From positions 210,001 to 242,000 of the forward strand of contig NC_020409.1 of assembly GCF_000341895.1 (NCBI RefSeq): a stretch of 32,000 nt of DNA, written 5' to 3'. A program made the translations under genes and the position numbers. The notes beneath the pieces are model-generated. The model did no database searches and had not been told where the DNA came from. It was given only the letters and a program-made list of their open reading frames with translations. Numbering within the stretch: the first letter of the stretch is position 1; each line of letters opens with the position of its first letter. Positions 9,127 to 17,069 of the stretch are shown here, one piece after another. The stretch comes from Pseudodesulfovibrio piezophilus C1TLV30. GTDB taxonomy: Bacteria; Desulfobacterota; Desulfovibrionia; Desulfovibrionales; Desulfovibrionaceae.

Positions 9127-10476
9127 ATGAAATTTCAGATAATTACCTTTGGATGTCAGATGAATGTCCATGATTCCGAATGGTTGTCACGTGCCCTTGA
9201 AAGCAGGGGGTGGGAAGTTGCAAATGAAGACGAAGCACAAGTCTTCATTCTTAATACCTGTTCGGTACGAGATAAGCCGGAGCAGAAGGTCTATAGTGAG
9301 CTTGGGCGTGTTGCCGCGCATCTGAATCGTGATGAAAGTGTCTTTGCCGCAGTTGGGGGGTGTGTCGCACAACAGATAGGGCGGGGCTTTTTCGAACGCT
9401 TTCCTTTCGTCAAGTTGGTTTTCGGTTCTGATGGAATAGCGAATGCTCCGAATGCGTTGGAACGGATTGCCGAAGGAAGCGATGAACAGATTGCTCTTTT
9501 GGATTTCGTTTCAATTTATGAGGAACGCGAGAATCCGGAAGAGCGGACAGTGACCTTGCCCGAGAATAGGCAGGCCTTTGTCAACATCATGCAAGGTTGC
9601 GACAATTTCTGTTCGTATTGCATTGTTCCCTACACTCGTGGTCGACAGAAATCACGTCGCCCTGAAGCTGTTGTTGAAGAATGTCGGGCCCTGGTTGCAA
9701 CCGGGGTACGGGAGATTACGTTGCTGGGGCAGAACGTCAACAGTTTTGGGCAGGACAAGGGAGGGGCCGGTGTGAGCTTTGCCCAATTGCTGCATCAAGT
9801 TGCTGAGCTTCCGGGATTGGATAGGCTTCGTTTCACGACATCTCATCCGAAAGACATCGCACCTGAGGTTATTACGGCTTTTGGCTCATTGGAGAACCTT
9901 TGTCCTTCTTTACATTTGCCCCTTCAAGCAGGTTCTGATGCTGTTCTCAAGAATATGCGCCGCAAGTATACCCGTGAGCGTTATCTCTCGATTGTCGAGG
10001 GCCTGAAACAGGCGCGTCCTGATATAGCCTTGACAACAGACCTTATTGTGGGGTTCCCGGGAGAATCGGAAAAAGATTTTGAGCAGACTCTGGAACTAGT
10101 CGAATCCGTTGGGTTTGAGTCGAGTTTCTCTTTTAAGTACTCCGATAGGCCAGGTGTTGCGGCTGTCAATATGGAGCCTAAAGTAGACCCGAAAGAGGCT
10201 TCCGAGAGGTTGATGCGCTTGCAGACTCTGCAGAATAGTATTACTAGAAAATGTCTAAAAAATTTGGAATCTCATGAAACCACCGCTTTTATCGAAGGTT
10301 TGAGTCGTAAACAGATCGGCGATGGGATATGGTGGAAAGGGCGAGACCCGGCCGGAAGGATTATCAATGTTCGTATTGATCAGGAAAATGGTCTGATTGG
10401 AGCGATGGTACCGGTTCGTATCACAGAGGCGAAGAAGCATTCTCTCATAGGAGAAAGGATTGGTCCTCCATGGTAA
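9127..10476 (+). CDS. miaB: tRNA-2-methylthio-N6-dimethylallyladenosine synthase (radical-SAM methylthiotransferase MiaB)
   Basis: The N-terminal MTTase domain is present (TFGCQMNVHDSE...NTCSVRDKPE). The radical-SAM motif CDNFCSYCIVPYTRG follows. The C-terminal TRAM-like region ends ...VRITEAKKHSLIGE. Confidence 0.88.
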   Translation: MKFQIITFGCQMNVHDSEWLSRALESRGWEVANEDEAQVFILNTCSVRDKPEQKVYSELGRVAAHLNRDESVFAAVGGCVAQQIGRGFFERFPFVKLVFGSDGIANAPNALERIAEGSDEQIALLDFVSIYEERENPEERTVTLPENRQAFVNIMQGCDNFCSYCIVPYTRGRQKSRRPEAVVEECRALVATGVREITLLGQNVNSFGQDKGGAGVSFAQLLHQVAELPGLDRLRFTTSHPKDIAPEVITAFGSLENLCPSLHLPLQAGSDAVLKNMRRKYTRERYLSIVEGLKQARPDIALTTDLIVGFPGESEKDFEQTLELVESVGFESSFSFKYSDRPGVAAVNMEPKVDPKEASERLMRLQTLQNSITRKCLKNLESHETTAFIEGLSRKQIGDGIWWKGRDPAGRIINVRIDQENGLIGAMVPVRITEAKKHSLIGERIGPPW

Positions 10477-10961
10477 AGGTAGAGATCTTCGGATTGGCTT
10501 TGGATGAGCATAGCAAGTCTCCCATTCTTGTCCTGAAGGATGAAAGCGGGAGGGCTTTGCCTATTTGGATTGGAGCAATGGAAGCGATGGCCATTTCCAC
10601 GGCTATCAATGAAGTTCCCTTTCCCAGGCCGATGACTCATGATCTTTTGGTGAATACCATTTCAAGTCTGGGAGGTTCTGTGACCAGAGTTGAAGTGACT
10701 GATATTGAAAATGGGACTTTTTTTGCCGAGTTGGTTGTGGCCATGCCGGATGAAACTCGGCGAATCGATAGCAGACCCTCGGATGCCATTGCCGTGGCAG
10801 TGCGGGCTGAGTGTCCGATTTTTGTCGGTGAAGCTGTTCTTGAGGAAGCTGGAGCCTTTATGCATCAGGAGAGTGTCGAGGTTATCAAAACCGAGAACTC
10901 GGAAAAGTGGATGGAAGAGCTTGAGAAGTTGTCTGAAGACGATACAAAATACAAGATGTAG
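10470..10961 (+). CDS. Bifunctional nuclease family protein (BFN/DUF151)
   Basis: BFN hallmarks are present: LPIWIGAMEAMAI, PRPMTHDLL, FFAELVV, IDSRPSDAIAVAVR, PIFV. The start overlaps the miaB stop (ATGGTAA), so the two are translationally coupled. Confidence 0.8.
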   Translation: MVKVEIFGLALDEHSKSPILVLKDESGRALPIWIGAMEAMAISTAINEVPFPRPMTHDLLVNTISSLGGSVTRVEVTDIENGTFFAELVVAMPDETRRIDSRPSDAIAVAVRAECPIFVGEAVLEEAGAFMHQESVEVIKTENSEKWMEELEKLSEDDTKYKM

Positions 10962-10967
10962 GCTGAC

Positions 10968-11618
10968 ATGATCGATTTGCATACACACACAGTGTTCAGT
11001 GACGGGGAGTTGATTCCGGCAGAGCTTGTCCGTCGGGCTGAGGTTATTGGATACAAAGGGCTTTGCATGACCGATCATGCGGATGAGTCGACTCTGTATT
11101 TTACAGTGGAAAATGTTTTGCGATTCGTCAAGAAGCATGGACATTTTTACGATATTAATATTCTTGCCGGAGTTGAATTGACCCATGTCCACCCGGCCTT
11201 GATAGCCGAGATGGTCGGGAAAGCACGAGAAGCCGGGGCTCAGGTTGTCGTCATGCATGGTGAAACGCCTGTGGAACCAGTCGCAGTTGGGACCAACCTT
11301 GCCGCAATTGAAGCGGGAGTCGATATACTGGCTCACCCCGGCCTGATTACAGATGAAGAGGTTTTGTTGGCTGCGGAAAAAGGTGTTGCTCTTGAGATAA
11401 CAACACGAGGCGGCCATAGCTATACAAACGGACATGTTGCCGCTTTGGCGCGTAAATATGGTGCCAAACTGGTAGTCAATAACGATGCGCATGCTCCACG
11501 AGATTTGGTTGGTCCTGATCTGCGTAAGACAATCGCCTATGGCGCGGGGCTTACGGCGGAAGAATATTTACAGACTGAAAGGAATGCCTGGGAAATCGTG
11601 CAGCGGTGCATGAAGTAG
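10968..11618 (+). CDS. PHP-domain (histidinol-phosphatase-like) metal-dependent phosphoesterase
   Basis: It starts with an N-terminal IDLHTHTVFSDGE motif. Further His/Asp motifs follow (MTDHAD, VVVMHGET, LAHPG, NNDAHAP), typical of the PHP superfamily. Confidence 0.7.
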   Translation: MIDLHTHTVFSDGELIPAELVRRAEVIGYKGLCMTDHADESTLYFTVENVLRFVKKHGHFYDINILAGVELTHVHPALIAEMVGKAREAGAQVVVMHGETPVEPVAVGTNLAAIEAGVDILAHPGLITDEEVLLAAEKGVALEITTRGGHSYTNGHVAALARKYGAKLVVNNDAHAPRDLVGPDLRKTIAYGAGLTAEEYLQTERNAWEIVQRCMK

Positions 11619-11719
11619 TTCCGGGCGAGATGGTTCTTCGGATTAAAAGGTCAATGTCGTGCCTGTGAAGTGCGGCTTTTATTATAAGAAGATCGGCTTA
11701 GACAAGCCGCAAACAGTGA

Positions 11720-12439
11720 ATGGGTGAAAGTATGAACTTGATGCCTGATAGTGACATTCTGACCCTTTTGTTAGGGGCAACTCTGACTGTAAAATTGGTT
11801 ATGACCTTTTTGGCGTGTATGTCCTTGTGGAGTTGGGCCATCATCTTTTTTAAATTTTTCACAATTGGGACAGCTCGTAAGCGCGTCATGAGCGGCTATG
11901 AAGCATTCATGAACTCCGAAGATCTCACCAGTGGACTCAAAGCGATTGGAACAAGAGAGCAAACTCCTCTGGCTCGAGTTTCAACTTTGGCAGTGCATGA
12001 ATTCCGTTTGCTGGAAAAGGCGGACGTCAACCGAGAGCGTAAACGACTGCTGGTCAAGGATACTCTTCGGCGCGTTTTGAAGCAGGGAATTTCTAAGGAA
12101 ATGAGAGTGTTGACGCGAAATCTTCCATTCCTTGCCACATGTGCCAACGCTGCCCCTTTTATTGGGTTATTCGGAACGGTGTGGGGGATCATGCATTCAT
12201 TCCATTCCATAGGGCAGACTCAATCTGCAGCATTGGCAACAGTGGCACCAGGTATTTCCGAAGCATTGATTGCCACGGCGATCGGGTTGATTGTCGCTAT
12301 TCCTGCCACGATCTTTTACAATTATTTCCTTGGTAAGCTTAATGAAGTCGAAAGCGGAATGGTCGACTTTGCTGGTGCTTTTCTCAATCGTGCCGAGCGA
12401 GAGATCGCTTGGGCATCCAAGGCCGAGAAGAAAGGGTAG
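11720..12439 (+). CDS. tolQ: Tol-Pal system protein TolQ (MotA/TolQ/ExbB proton channel)
   Basis: It has three TM segments and the conserved C-terminal channel region (LATCANAAPFIGLFGTVWGIM...VAPGISEALIATAIGLIVAIPA). It heads a tolR-tolA-tolB-pal series. An alternative ATG lies at 11732. Confidence 0.85.
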   Translation: MGESMNLMPDSDILTLLLGATLTVKLVMTFLACMSLWSWAIIFFKFFTIGTARKRVMSGYEAFMNSEDLTSGLKAIGTREQTPLARVSTLAVHEFRLLEKADVNRERKRLLVKDTLRRVLKQGISKEMRVLTRNLPFLATCANAAPFIGLFGTVWGIMHSFHSIGQTQSAALATVAPGISEALIATAIGLIVAIPATIFYNYFLGKLNEVESGMVDFAGAFLNRAEREIAWASKAEKKG

Positions 12440-12447
12440 GCGGCGTC

Positions 12448-12864
12448 ATGGCAATCAAGACGGGCGGTGGATTTCTCAACGAAATCAATGTGACTCCCTT
12501 TGTTGATGTCATGCTGGTGCTTTTGATCATTTTCATGGTGACGGCCCCTTTGATGACGCAGGGAGTGGAAGTTGATCTGCCAACAACGAGAACTGTAAAG
12601 AATTTACCTCAGGACTCTGAGCACTTGGTCCTCTCCATTAAAAAAGATGGGACACTTTTCCTTGATGAATATCAAGTTGGACTTGAAGAACTCGAAAGTC
12701 ATCTCAAACGACTTGTCTCCAAACAGAAGAAACAGTTGTTTCTTCGGGCTGATAAAGAAGTGGCGTATGGTACGGTTGTGCAGGTCATGGGTGAGATCAA
12801 AGCTGCTGGCATTGATCGCCTGGGGATAGTGGCAGAACAGAACAAGGATGACAAAAAGAAGTAA
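12448..12864 (+). CDS. tolR: Tol-Pal system protein TolR (ExbD/TolR family)
   Basis: It has the ExbD/TolR motif INVTPFVDVMLVLLIIFMVTAP with the conserved TM Asp, and is ~138 aa. The ATG at 12448 is chosen because the ORF-track start 12409 would overlap tolQ. Confidence 0.85.
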   Translation: MAIKTGGGFLNEINVTPFVDVMLVLLIIFMVTAPLMTQGVEVDLPTTRTVKNLPQDSEHLVLSIKKDGTLFLDEYQVGLEELESHLKRLVSKQKKQLFLRADKEVAYGTVVQVMGEIKAAGIDRLGIVAEQNKDDKKK

Positions 12865-12885
12865 TCCCTGAGGGATTTTCATATT

Positions 12886-13740
12886 ATGCGGCTTCGCCTC
12901 GGTCTTTTCCTTTCTCTCCTCCTTCATACCGGCTTTATTGCCTACGCTTTGTTTCTGGGCAACGATACGAATGTTCAGGTAAACATGAATCGTCCTGTAT
13001 ATACGGTTGACCTTATCTCCTTGGCTCCGCCTCCGACAGCTCCGGCACCCGTTGTGGAAGTTATACAGAAAAGTGTAGAAGTGCCTTCCGTCCCAACAGT
13101 TGAAGCTGCTCCTGAATCGACTCCTGTCGTTGTTCAAGCTCCAGCAGTAGAAGCGAAAGCGGAACCCAAGATTGAGGATATCAGCCCAAAGAAGGTTAAG
13201 AAAAAGACTCTTATAAAAAAGAAAAAGGAAGAGCCCAAAGTCACACCAAAGCCCAAACCAAAGCCCAAAAAGACTGCCCAGCAGTTACGGCAAGAAGCAT
13301 TGGCTGCCGCCCAAGCTGCCGTGCGGCGTGAGGAACAGAAGAAGGCTCAAGCTTTGCAAAAGGAGTTGGCCGCCCTCAAGAAACAGGAGGGTGATCAGGT
13401 CTACTCTCACGGTGCGCAAGATGGCAAGGAAGGAGGGGGTGTCGGAGGAACTGGTTCTGGGCTTTCCGAGGTTTATTCCCTTATTGTGGGGTTGGCGATC
13501 AAGAAAAATTGGCGATACCCCACTTTTTCAGGGGAGGCTAATCTTCTGACTGTTGTCGAATTGACATTGGCAGAAGATGGCAAGATTCTTTCTTCGATAA
13601 TACGTGAGTCGTCAGGCAACTCTGAATTCGACAACTCCACGCTCCGGGCTATAAAGGAAACCCAGTACGTGGAGCGTCCTCGTACGGAACGGGATCGTAT
13701 TCTTCTTATCAATTTCAACAGCCAGGAACTCTCAGAGTGA
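12886..13740 (+). CDS. tolA: TolA-like protein (TonB-C-terminal-domain family)
   Basis: It has an N-terminal TM anchor. A Pro/Ala/Val-rich segment is followed by a Lys/Pro-rich and Ala/Glu/Lys coiled segment. The C-terminal domain is TonB/TolA-like (NWRYP...VELTLAEDGKILSSIIRESSGNSEFDNSTLRAIKE). It sits between tolR and tolB. Confidence 0.7.
   Translation: MRLRLGLFLSLLLHTGFIAYALFLGNDTNVQVNMNRPVYTVDLISLAPPPTAPAPVVEVIQKSVEVPSVPTVEAAPESTPVVVQAPAVEAKAEPKIEDISPKKVKKKTLIKKKKEEPKVTPKPKPKPKKTAQQLRQEALAAAQAAVRREEQKKAQALQKELAALKKQEGDQVYSHGAQDGKEGGGVGGTGSGLSEVYSLIVGLAIKKNWRYPTFSGEANLLTVVELTLAEDGKILSSIIRESSGNSEFDNSTLRAIKETQYVERPRTERDRILLINFNSQELSE
13246..13269 (+). repeat. Perfect 12-nt tandem duplication (ccaaagcccaaa x2) inside tolA, encoding PKPKPKPK
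   Basis: Read directly from the sequence: 13246-13257 is identical to 13258-13269. Confidence 0.7.
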
Positions 13741-13745
13741 TCTGT

Positions 13746-15053
13746 ATGCAACGAATATTATTAATAAGTCTTTCATGTGTGATGAGTGTTTTCTTTTTTT
13801 CCTCAGCCTTTGCGGACGGTCCTCTTTCTGTTGATATTCATGGACCTGGGCAAAAGATGGTCAATATCATTCTTCTTCCACCAAAGGGAATTGGCGGAAG
13901 CCCGTTGCCTGAAGCCCTTGCCAGGTCTTTTGAAAATATTGTCAAAGAAAATCTGGGCTACATTCCCTTTCTTCACGTTGTCCCTATGGCTGAATTGTTA
14001 GGTGGGGATCCCAGTACGGGGGTGCAGGGGCGTGAGATCGATTATAAACCGATGCAGTTGGCTCGAATAGACTTGTGCCTGACTACAGGCTGGAACGGCA
14101 ATTACCTGGAGGCTCGTATCTTTGACACTTTTAGCGGGCGTCGTCTGGTAGGGAAAGCCTATAATGATATGAGCGAGCAAACATTGCCGCCAGCGGCAGA
14201 TAGGTTTAGTTCCGCTTTTCTGGAAGCCTTAACGGGAAAGAAAGGTTTCTTTGATTCCCCTATAGCCTTTGTCAAACAGGAAGGAAAGACCAAGGAAATA
14301 TTTACCATTCTTCCTCAAGGACGCGCTCTGAAGCGTATTACTCGTTTAGGTGGATTCAACCTCAGTCCCGCTTGGTCACAAAACGGAGAGCAGATTGTTT
14401 TTACCCATATAGGGAAATCAAGGCATGAACTTGGAGTCTATGATGGTAAAACGAAGAAAATACGGATGATTAGCAAAGGATTAGGGCAGACCGTCATCAG
14501 TCCGGTGTTCGGGCCGCAGAATCGGTTGCTCGTTGCTCTTAATAGAAATGGTGCGACGAATATCTATGAATTGGATTCAAAATTCAACCCGAAGCGCATT
14601 TTGGCAGAAAGTCCTTATATCGATGTTTCACCAAGTTTTGATCGAACCGGCAACCTCATGGCGTTTACATCGGGCAGGGCTGGTAATCCTCATATTTATC
14701 TTCTTACTGTGAAAACCGGTAAGATTAGACGAGTGACAATCAGTGGAAAATACAATACGCATCCCTGCCTGAGTCCTGATGGGCGATATATTGCTTACAC
14801 CCATAGAACAGCCAATGGGCACAGGATATTCTTGCATGATCTGGAAACAGGTCGTGAACAACAATTGACTTTTGGGCCGGGAAACGATGAGTACCCTGCG
14901 TTTGGGCCGGATGGATACTTTATCGCATTTGCCTCCAGTCGGATTGGAGAATATCAACTGTATCTTACTACCAGACATGGAGACAAGCCCAAGAAGATCT
15001 CCACAGGTCCAGAACCGGCATTTGCCCCGGCGTGGGATACTTCAATGCAATGA
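13746..15053 (+). CDS. tolB: Tol-Pal system beta-propeller protein TolB
   Basis: A signal peptide is present (MQRILLISLSCVMSVFFFSSAFA). Repeated propeller motifs follow (SPAWSQNGEQIVFT, DVSPSFDRTGNLMAFTSGRAGNPHIY, HPCLSPDGRYIAYT, YPAFGPDGYFIAFASSR). A GTG at 13737 overlapping the tolA stop is an alternative start. Confidence 0.88.
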   Translation: MQRILLISLSCVMSVFFFSSAFADGPLSVDIHGPGQKMVNIILLPPKGIGGSPLPEALARSFENIVKENLGYIPFLHVVPMAELLGGDPSTGVQGREIDYKPMQLARIDLCLTTGWNGNYLEARIFDTFSGRRLVGKAYNDMSEQTLPPAADRFSSAFLEALTGKKGFFDSPIAFVKQEGKTKEIFTILPQGRALKRITRLGGFNLSPAWSQNGEQIVFTHIGKSRHELGVYDGKTKKIRMISKGLGQTVISPVFGPQNRLLVALNRNGATNIYELDSKFNPKRILAESPYIDVSPSFDRTGNLMAFTSGRAGNPHIYLLTVKTGKIRRVTISGKYNTHPCLSPDGRYIAYTHRTANGHRIFLHDLETGREQQLTFGPGNDEYPAFGPDGYFIAFASSRIGEYQLYLTTRHGDKPKKISTGPEPAFAPAWDTSMQ

Positions 15054-15177
15054 TGATTTGTCACGCGACGAGGGTTGATTTTTATTGGAGAAGGCGTACA
15101 TCTAGTTGAAAGTCTGACCAATGGCTTGAAAATTATATAAGTAATGGCCGGTCAACGGCGTTAACGAAGGAGCTGGC

Positions 15178-15738
15178 ATGAAATTGAAGTGGAATATTGT
15201 CATACTGACCATTTTGGCTATGGCGCTTATGATGGCCGCCGGGTGTGCCAAAAAAACGACATCCAGTACACCTCCTGGCGCACAAGTCGAGGTGAAGGAT
15301 GATACGCAATGGTCGCCGCCCCCAGCTCCAGTTGAGGAACCCAAAGTTGATGAAGCCACGCTTGCTGCTGAAGCAGAAGCTCGCGCCAAAGCGGAGGCGG
15401 TCGAGGAGTTGTCCAGCGTTGTCATTCATTTTGCCTTTGATTCCTACGAATTAAGTGAAGAAGCACGTTCTGTGTTGGCTCTTAAGGCAAATGTCATGCG
15501 TCGTTACAAGAATATTCGGGTTGTTATCGAAGGGCATTGTGATGAGCGTGGTACTGAAGAGTATAACCTTGCACTTGGTGAACGTCGAGCCCGCGCTGCT
15601 TATGAACACCTCGTTATTCTCGGTGTTGATCCCGAGCGTATGTCTCTAGTCAGTTTCGGTGAGGAACGGCCAGTCGATTCCGGTCATACTGAGACTTCCT
15701 GGGAAAAGAATCGCCGTGCCGAGTTTGTTGTTCAGTAG
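15178..15738 (+). CDS. pal: Peptidoglycan-associated lipoprotein Pal (OmpA-family)
   Basis: It has a lipobox (LMMAAGC). The OmpA-like domain is present: VIHFAFDSYELS...IEGHCDERGTEEYNLALGERRA...NRRAEFV. The RBS AAGGAG precedes the start, and it follows tolB. Confidence 0.9.
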   Translation: MKLKWNIVILTILAMALMMAAGCAKKTTSSTPPGAQVEVKDDTQWSPPPAPVEEPKVDEATLAAEAEARAKAEAVEELSSVVIHFAFDSYELSEEARSVLALKANVMRRYKNIRVVIEGHCDERGTEEYNLALGERRARAAYEHLVILGVDPERMSLVSFGEERPVDSGHTETSWEKNRRAEFVVQ

Positions 15739-15762
15739 ATTCTTTTATGTCTGAAGCTCTTG

Positions 15763-15793
15763 GGCCGCTTCTTTGTAGAAGCGGCCTTTTTTT
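15763..15793 (+). terminator. Rho-independent terminator after pal
   Basis: A 9-bp GC-rich stem, GGCCGCTTC (15763-15771) pairing with GAAGCGGCC (15778-15786), has a 6-nt loop. A T7 run follows at 15787-15793. Confidence 0.8.
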
Positions 15794-15796
15794 ATA

Positions 15797-16267
15797 CTAA
15801 AAAAGAAGTGTGATCAAAGAAAGAAAGACCAATGCATAAAGGCCCGCAACTCCATCGTCAAGCATCACTCCCATTCCACCTGGAAAGGTATTTTCAGTCC
15901 ATTTGACAGGCCATGGTTTGAATATGTCAAATCCCCGGAAGAGGCAGAAGGCAACCGCAAGCTGCCAGTTTGTCGTGCTGCAAAAAAGGATCGCGAGCCA
16001 CTGCCCGAAAAGTTCATCGATAATGACACAGCCGGGGTCTTTTTCCGCATATACTTTTTCAGCACGAGAGCAGGCCCATATCCCGACACAAAGGATCACC
16101 AAAAGGATGAGCAGTCGTTGTGGAAAGGAAAAAGGAAGAAAAAGCCAGGGAGCGGTGAGAATAGCAGCAAGAGATCCCCATGTCCCAGGAGCTTTGGGGA
16201 AATGACCTACAGGACCAAGTGTTGCTAGAGAGGTCGCAAAGCGATCAAGTCTGGGGTGTTGAATCAT
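15797..16267 (-). CDS. pgpA: Phosphatidylglycerophosphatase A
   Basis: PgpA motifs are present: GHFPKAPGTWGSLAA, DPGCVIIDELFGQW, FRGFDIFKPWPV, GGMGVMLDDGVAGLYA. Confidence 0.88.
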   Translation of the reverse strand: MIQHPRLDRFATSLATLGPVGHFPKAPGTWGSLAAILTAPWLFLPFSFPQRLLILLVILCVGIWACSRAEKVYAEKDPGCVIIDELFGQWLAILFCSTTNWQLAVAFCLFRGFDIFKPWPVKWTENTFPGGMGVMLDDGVAGLYALVFLSLITLLF

Positions 16268-16887
16268 TTTGAACTCCTAACCCTGATGATTTTTTTAGTA
16301 AGCAATGTGTCGAGTATGCTGGAGACAGGCAAGCCCACCACATTGGTATAAGAACCAGCTATGCTGGTGATGAGGAATGCTCCAATTCCCTGGATAGCAT
16401 AGGCTCCCGCCTTGTCCAATGGTTCACCCGTTGTGATATACTTTTCCAACTCTGACTTTCTGGAAAACCGCATCGTGACATCCGTCGATATAGAATGGGT
16501 TGTTACATCGTTTGGCGCAAGAGCAAGGCAAAAAGCCGTGATGACCTGGTGAGTTTTTCCAGAAAGCGCCATGAGCATATGCAGGGCGTCTTCTTTATCC
16601 ACAGGCTTTCCCATAATACGTTGGTTCAGGACAACTATGGTATCAGCTCCTATGACTGGGCTGTGTTTCTGTTGTTGTCTGGCAATATCCAATGTCTTCA
16701 TGGTTGCCATGCGTTGGGCATACTGAGACGGAGCTTCTCCAGCGTCTGGTGCAGGCTCATCGAGTGTGGAAGGAATGATTTTAAAATTCAAACCAAGATT
16801 GGAAAGTAACTCTTTTCTGCGAGGTGAACCAGAGGCGAGTATGAGTGGGCCGTCATTTTCAAAAGGACCATATGGTGTTGTTATCAT
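16264..16887 (-). CDS. maf: Maf-family nucleoside-triphosphate pyrophosphatase (septum formation protein Maf)
   Basis: The sequence contains LILASGSPRRKELLSNLGL, GADTIVVL...GKP, and DKAGAYAIQG. Its stop overlaps the pgpA start by 4 nt. Confidence 0.88.
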   Translation of the reverse strand: MITTPYGPFENDGPLILASGSPRRKELLSNLGLNFKIIPSTLDEPAPDAGEAPSQYAQRMATMKTLDIARQQQKHSPVIGADTIVVLNQRIMGKPVDKEDALHMLMALSGKTHQVITAFCLALAPNDVTTHSISTDVTMRFSRKSELEKYITTGEPLDKAGAYAIQGIGAFLITSIAGSYTNVVGLPVSSILDTLLTKKIIRVRSSK

Positions 16888-17022
16888 AATTTCTGTTCTT
16901 CACTCATAATGGAAGGCGCGTCAATCGAGTGTCCTGACGGCTTTTTGGCATGTCTTGAATCTTTTCTTTGTTTTCATGATCTAGTTGTTTTTTTAGCTTT
17001 ATATATTGGGATTTTATGTCCT

Positions 17023-17038
17023 TGGCAGAATTCTTGCT
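17023..17038 (+). promoter_or_regulatory. Candidate sigma-54 (RpoN) -24/-12 promoter: TGGCAG-AATTC-TTGCT
   Basis: The site matches the TGGCACG-N4-TTGCW consensus with exact GG-to-GC spacing (GG at 17024-25, GC at 17036-37). It lies 32 nt upstream of the SD-preceded ATG at 17070. Confidence 0.5.
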
Positions 17039-17069
17039 GTATTCTCATCGTGAAAATACAGGAGTGCCC

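Noticed and set aside
10662-11492. A 276-aa ORF on the minus strand, the longest unassigned ORF in the track.
   Set aside because: It lies entirely antisense to the well-supported BFN and PHP genes. It has no recognisable motifs and its composition is odd (Cys/Ser/Phe-rich). It is most likely a shadow ORF of the opposite strand.
11672-11710. Alternative hairpins upstream of tolQ: GCGGCTT or TCGGCTT pairing with AAGCCGC.
   Set aside because: The stems are short (6-7 bp), no T-tract follows, and there is no leader-peptide context. That is not enough to call an attenuator or terminator.
16944-16959. A second TGGCA motif (TGGCATGTCTTGAATC) in the maf/motB intergenic region, considered as another sigma-54 promoter.
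   Set aside because: No GC dinucleotide lies at the required 10-nt offset from the GG, because TTGA is displaced by 2 nt. It does not fit -24/-12 geometry.
17016-17069. The longer N-terminal extension of the motB-like gene (ORF-track start at 17016).
   Set aside because: The ATG at 17016 has no SD. The extension would contain the putative sigma-54 promoter. The ATG at 17070 has AGGAG at ideal spacing.
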